Positions 16,846 to 20,000 of a stretch of DNA of 20,000 bases are shown here, piece after piece. Location: IMG/VR virus record IMGVR_UViG_3300027977_000026, one strand, 5' to 3'. Source of the stretch: an uncultured virus (IMG/VR IMGVR_UViG_3300027977_000026) (Duplodnaviria > Heunggongvirae > Uroviricota > Caudoviricetes). A program made the position numbers and the translations under genes. Position 1 is the first letter of the stretch; every line of letters starts with the position of its first letter. A model generated the notes under the pieces. It was given only the letters and a program-made list of their open reading frames with translations. It was not told the DNA's origin and searched no databases.

Positions 16846-18209
16846 TATCCTACAAAGACTTCACAACAACCAATGTTGTACTTGAAGACACTTCACATAT
16901 TAAGACTCATTTGTCTCACTTGGAAGATTTGGCTATTGAAAAGGGCAAGGAAGGATTTGTTGAATTTATGGAGCAGATTTCTAACTTGGTGAACAAGATT
17001 AAGGGGTATGAAACTAATACCGAAATTAATGCAAAAATAGACGGTAGCCCCATGATATTGTTTGGTGTTGATCCGAGAAAGGCCCATTTTAACAAATTTT
17101 TTATCTCTCTGAAAAGTGGTTTGAGTGAAAAAAATCCAAAAATAATGCACAGTAATGAAGAGGTGGATACCTTTTATTCTGGTGAACAGACTCTGGCTAA
17201 CAAGCTTAAAAATTTGCTAGTAAATCTTAAATCAGCATACGATGGATCAGGCAATACGTATCAAGCAGATGTATTGTATTCCTCCATGGAGGATAAGAAA
17301 CAGACAACTATAAATGGAGAAAATTTTATTGTGTTTAAGCCTAATACAATAGTATATGCAGTACCAATGGACACAGATTCTGATTTAAGCAAGAGAATTA
17401 TTGAATCGTCTGTAGGGGTCATTGTGCATGAATCTTTTAAACCCATAGCAGTAAATTCGACCATATTGCCTGCAGTATCAGGTGTAGCACCAGATCAAAC
17501 AATAAAGCTTACTTCCGCAGGAAGAAATGTAGATTCTATTATTGAATCTGGTAAAAGGGCTAATGTTTTCATAGAGAGTAGCAACTATGGCGCTGTTAGT
17601 TACAATATTCCCGATATTACTTTTGAAAAAATAGCAAACAATTTAATGCAGGCTAAATCTAAGATAGATTTGATTAATTCTAATTTTAATAAAGAATACA
17701 TCAAAAGCCCGGCGCTGTCGTTGCTCAAGATATATCTGAACAAGCAGGTTGACAACCCAGCATCAAGTATCTTCACATCTGCAATGAAGGGTGGGGATTT
17801 AGATTTGAAAGAATTTATGGAAGGATTTGTATCGTTCTTAAAGCATCGCTTCGAGAAAGAAGGTCAAACCAAAAAAACGGAATCTGGTAGAAAAAATATT
17901 CAGTCCAAGCTTAATTCCATATTAACATTTATTAAAGAAAATCAAGAAAGCTTTAAGAGCTTGATAGAGGCAACTTTCCATATGGCAGTTATAAAGTATA
18001 TTATTTTAAATATTTTATCTAGCTTAGATTCTAAGATAGGACGAACATTTGTGCAGATGCCTGATGGTACTCTGGTCAAAACCAAAGACGAAGGATATGT
18101 ACTCTTTGTAGGAACCAATCACGTGAAAATAGTGGACAGGTTAGACTTTACCAAGATGAACAGACAGGTAGGTGGGAAAAAGAGGGCAGATTTAGTCTCT
18201 AAGTTCTAA
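16842..18209 (+). CDS. ATP-dependent ligase/covalent nucleotidyltransferase-like protein (DUF6267-like)
   Basis: HLSHLED, motif I AK(65)IDGSP, YQADVLY, FKPNTIVY, motif IV DE(417)GYVL, motif V VK(429)IVDR.DF; ATGA overlap with the upstream gene. Confidence 0.7.
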   Translation: MISYKDFTTTNVVLEDTSHIKTHLSHLEDLAIEKGKEGFVEFMEQISNLVNKIKGYETNTEINAKIDGSPMILFGVDPRKAHFNKFFISLKSGLSEKNPKIMHSNEEVDTFYSGEQTLANKLKNLLVNLKSAYDGSGNTYQADVLYSSMEDKKQTTINGENFIVFKPNTIVYAVPMDTDSDLSKRIIESSVGVIVHESFKPIAVNSTILPAVSGVAPDQTIKLTSAGRNVDSIIESGKRANVFIESSNYGAVSYNIPDITFEKIANNLMQAKSKIDLINSNFNKEYIKSPALSLLKIYLNKQVDNPASSIFTSAMKGGDLDLKEFMEGFVSFLKHRFEKEGQTKKTESGRKNIQSKLNSILTFIKENQESFKSLIEATFHMAVIKYIILNILSSLDSKIGRTFVQMPDGTLVKTKDEGYVLFVGTNHVKIVDRLDFTKMNRQVGGKKRADLVSKF

Positions 18210-18728
18210 TTGAAATATTGCTTCGCGTATAGCCTTCTGAATAGTATCTTTATTTTCACCAGTCAACAGATCACGTATTTTACTGACTACTTTATATTCA
18301 TGGTCATCATGTTGACCTTGAAATTTACCTTTGCTCTCAAAATCTTTGTATTCTAAGTAGTGTAAGATGCTGTCCAAATAATCACCAGCAAGAGTAATTT
18401 TACTGAATACCCAGGGCTCAAGATCAGGTGTGCGTTCAATTATATCATGTAATTTCTTGCTATAATTATGAATTTTATATAGTTCACTCTTGGCCATGCT
18501 AGTTTCTTCTGTGTCTGGTCCTGGTACATCCACAATACCTGCAGGGTTATCCATAGTTATGTTCTCACTTTCTTCAGCTTTAGCTGGAACCTTCTGTACT
18601 TTGACATTTACCTGTCCAAAAGAGGATGGGCTGACGTTCTGATCTATTGCAGGACTTAACCCCAAGCTAGTTTCATTGATTTGGTCGTAAGCCTCTTTTA
18701 TGTTGATTAAATCAGATTTTCTGTTCAC
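18192..18728 (-). CDS. Conserved hypothetical T4-like phage late protein
   Basis: Helical domain SMAKSEL...DLEPWVFSKITLAGDYL...Y that I recognise from uncharacterised T4-like phage proteins; late box 4 nt upstream of the GTG; ...YDQINE N-terminus. Confidence 0.75.
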   Translation of the reverse strand: MNRKSDLINIKEAYDQINETSLGLSPAIDQNVSPSSFGQVNVKVQKVPAKAEESENITMDNPAGIVDVPGPDTEETSMAKSELYKIHNYSKKLHDIIERTPDLEPWVFSKITLAGDYLDSILHYLEYKDFESKGKFQGQHDDHEYKVVSKIRDLLTGENKDTIQKAIREAIFQLELRD

Positions 18729-18732
18729 TTAT

Positions 18733-18738
18733 TATTTA
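18733..18738 (-). promoter_or_regulatory. T4-type late promoter box TAAATA (leftward)
   Basis: TATTTA on + (TAAATA on -) 4 nt before GTG 18728. Confidence 0.7.
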
Positions 18739-18746
18739 TGCTCCAT

Positions 18747-18752
18747 TAAATA
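18747..18752 (+). promoter_or_regulatory. T4-type late promoter box TAAATA (rightward)
   Basis: TAAATA 5 nt before GTG 18758. Confidence 0.7.
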
Positions 18753-18757
18753 TATAT

Positions 18758-19171
18758 GTGAGGCCTTACAAAACTTTTGTTAATGAACAGATTCTAGGTC
18801 TTACTGAAGGTATGACTATTCAGCATGTTGGTTTTGTTCAAGCCAAAATAGACACAGGCAACAGTGCCTATAATGTGCTTCACGGCTTAATTGAAAAGGA
18901 AGAAAACGGCAATGTTACCTTCAAGACCGTTAAAGATAAAATTTTAACTCTGCCAATAGTTGAGCATATACCCATTCACATAGGTAGTGGCAATGTTGAA
19001 AAGAGGCCTGTTGTTGAGTTGGACTGTGGCATAGGCAGCAAGCAATTCAATGGAGTCAAGTTTAGTATAGCAGATAGATCGCAAAACGACTATCCAGTTT
19101 TGATTGGTGAGGATTTCATTAAACTCAATGGTGGAATAGTTAACGTCAAGATTAATAATGACGGTGACTAA
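18758..19171 (+). CDS. Retropepsin-like aspartic protease of the RimK-associated (RimB / 'ATP-dependent Zn protease') family
   Basis: AKIDTG catalytic motif, EKRPVV, FSIADRSQNDYPVLIG; N-terminus MRPYKTFVNE. Confidence 0.85.
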   Translation: MRPYKTFVNEQILGLTEGMTIQHVGFVQAKIDTGNSAYNVLHGLIEKEENGNVTFKTVKDKILTLPIVEHIPIHIGSGNVEKRPVVELDCGIGSKQFNGVKFSIADRSQNDYPVLIGEDFIKLNGGIVNVKINNDGD

Positions 19172-19183
19172 TAATCCTTACAA

Positions 19184-19837
19184 TTAAATTAATTTTCTAT
19201 TTTGCGCAAATTCAATGAATTTATAGAATTCACTTCTAGAATTGTCTTTATCATCCAAGAATGCTCCAGACATTCTAGCGGTTCTCATGGTTGAATCATG
19301 ACGAATGCCTCTGTTGGAACAACATGTATGAGCTGCTTCTATCATCACTGCAACACCCTTGTTTTTGACACACACCTCATCAATATACTTGTGAACTTGC
19401 ATTGTAAGATTCTCTTGAACTTGTGGTCTGCGAGAAAACCAATCAACAATACGATTCAATTTGCTGAGACCTATGACTTTGCCGTCCTTGGCAGGAATAT
19501 ATGCAACATGGGCAAACCCCATGAAAGGTGCATGGTGGTGTGAGCATAGTGAAGTTAATTTGATATTGGTTTGTGAAACAATGCCATCATACTCATCCAC
19601 ATTATCAAATGCTGTAATCTTCGGTGGTTCGCTATAACATCCCCATGCGAAATCATCAACAAATGCTTTGGCCACTCTAAGGGGTGTGTTGGCACTATTT
19701 GGATCGTTTCTCCAGTCATACCCTAAAGCATCCATGTAAGCTTCATAAGCTTTGGACGCTTTGTCGATAATCTGCTCTTTTTCTTCTTGAGAACGTGGGA
19801 TATTATGGTTGGCAAATGCGAGTTTGTTCTTAAACAT
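19184..19837 (-). CDS. folE: GTP cyclohydrolase I
   Basis: TPLRVAK, SLCSHH, IGLSKLNRIV, RRPQVQENLT, HTC..RG. Start set at ATG 19837. Confidence 0.95.
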   Translation of the reverse strand: MFKNKLAFANHNIPRSQEEKEQIIDKASKAYEAYMDALGYDWRNDPNSANTPLRVAKAFVDDFAWGCYSEPPKITAFDNVDEYDGIVSQTNIKLTSLCSHHHAPFMGFAHVAYIPAKDGKVIGLSKLNRIVDWFSRRPQVQENLTMQVHKYIDEVCVKNKGVAVMIEAAHTCCSNRGIRHDSTMRTARMSGAFLDDKDNSRSEFYKFIEFAQNRKLI

Positions 19838-19844
19838 ATTCAAT

Positions 19845-19850
19845 ATTATA
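19845..19850 (-). promoter_or_regulatory. Consensus sigma70 -10 box TATAAT for folE, leaderless
   Basis: TATAAT on the minus strand 7 nt before ATG 19837; no SD. Confidence 0.55.
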
Positions 19851-19874
19851 GTAGGAAACTAATTTAATCAAGAT

Positions 19875-19880
19875 TAAATA
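19875..19880 (+). promoter_or_regulatory. T4-type late promoter box TAAATA
   Basis: TAAATA 4 nt before ATG 19885. Confidence 0.7.
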
Positions 19881-19884
19881 TAAA

Positions 19885-20000
19885 ATGAAGGTTGATAGAG
19901 CAATAGAAGAGACGTTTAAGAAATCTAGTTTGAAGAGAATTAGGATTAAGGTAGACCCAAGACAGCTTGTCAATCAAGGATTTGAACACTGTGATAGCTT
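19885..20000 (+). CDS. Hypothetical late protein, truncated by window edge
   Basis: Not in the ORF track. MKVDRAIEETFKKSSLKRIRIKVDPRQLVNQGFEHCDS..., open to the end, late box upstream. Confidence 0.7.
   Translation, partial: MKVDRAIEETFKKSSLKRIRIKVDPRQLVNQGFEHCDS

Noticed and set aside
1..20000. Stop-codon reassignment as seen in some large phages
   Set aside because: Core genes are full length in the standard code, and TAA, TGA (gp43, uvsX, gp47) and TAG (gp46) all end genes at expected positions.
1..20000. tRNAs, CRISPR arrays, introns/inteins, intrinsic terminators
   Set aside because: Intergenic gaps are under about 50 bp; no repeats, cloverleafs or convincing GC hairpin plus U-tract seen by eye, even at convergent gene ends; core proteins have normal lengths.

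Overview
A densely coding, AT-rich 20 kb segment of a large T4-like (Tevenvirinae/cyanomyophage-style) dsDNA phage genome, read with the standard genetic code. The left two-thirds (minus strand) is the replication/recombination core: uvsY-uvsW-gp55-gp47-gp46, a glycosyltransferase, gp43 DNA polymerase, an Sm-like gene and uvsX. This runs directly into a TagD-like cytidylyltransferase, a QueC-like gene and a class II glutamine amidotransferase that is cut by the window edge and missing from the ORF track. folE lies at the right end, so a 7-deazaguanine pathway is likely. The right third is a block of late genes, mostly with a TAAATA late-promoter box 4-5 nt before the start codon (leaderless), and most of the proteins begin with a T4 internal-protein-like capsid-targeting/protease-cleavage peptide. 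The most interesting items are (i) a coupled late three-gene operon encoding a PD-(D/E)xK nuclease-like protein, a HIGH nucleotidyltransferase and a KxDG ligase-like protein, plausibly packaged in the head and injected; (ii) a QueC that has lost three of four zinc cysteines, paired with a GATase whose Gln-binding Arg is replaced; and (iii) a polymerase ending in a beta-clamp-like QxDLF motif, with gp45/44/62 absent from their usual locus. All calls come from motif recognition by eye; no database searches were run. No tRNA, rRNA, CRISPR array or IS was seen.
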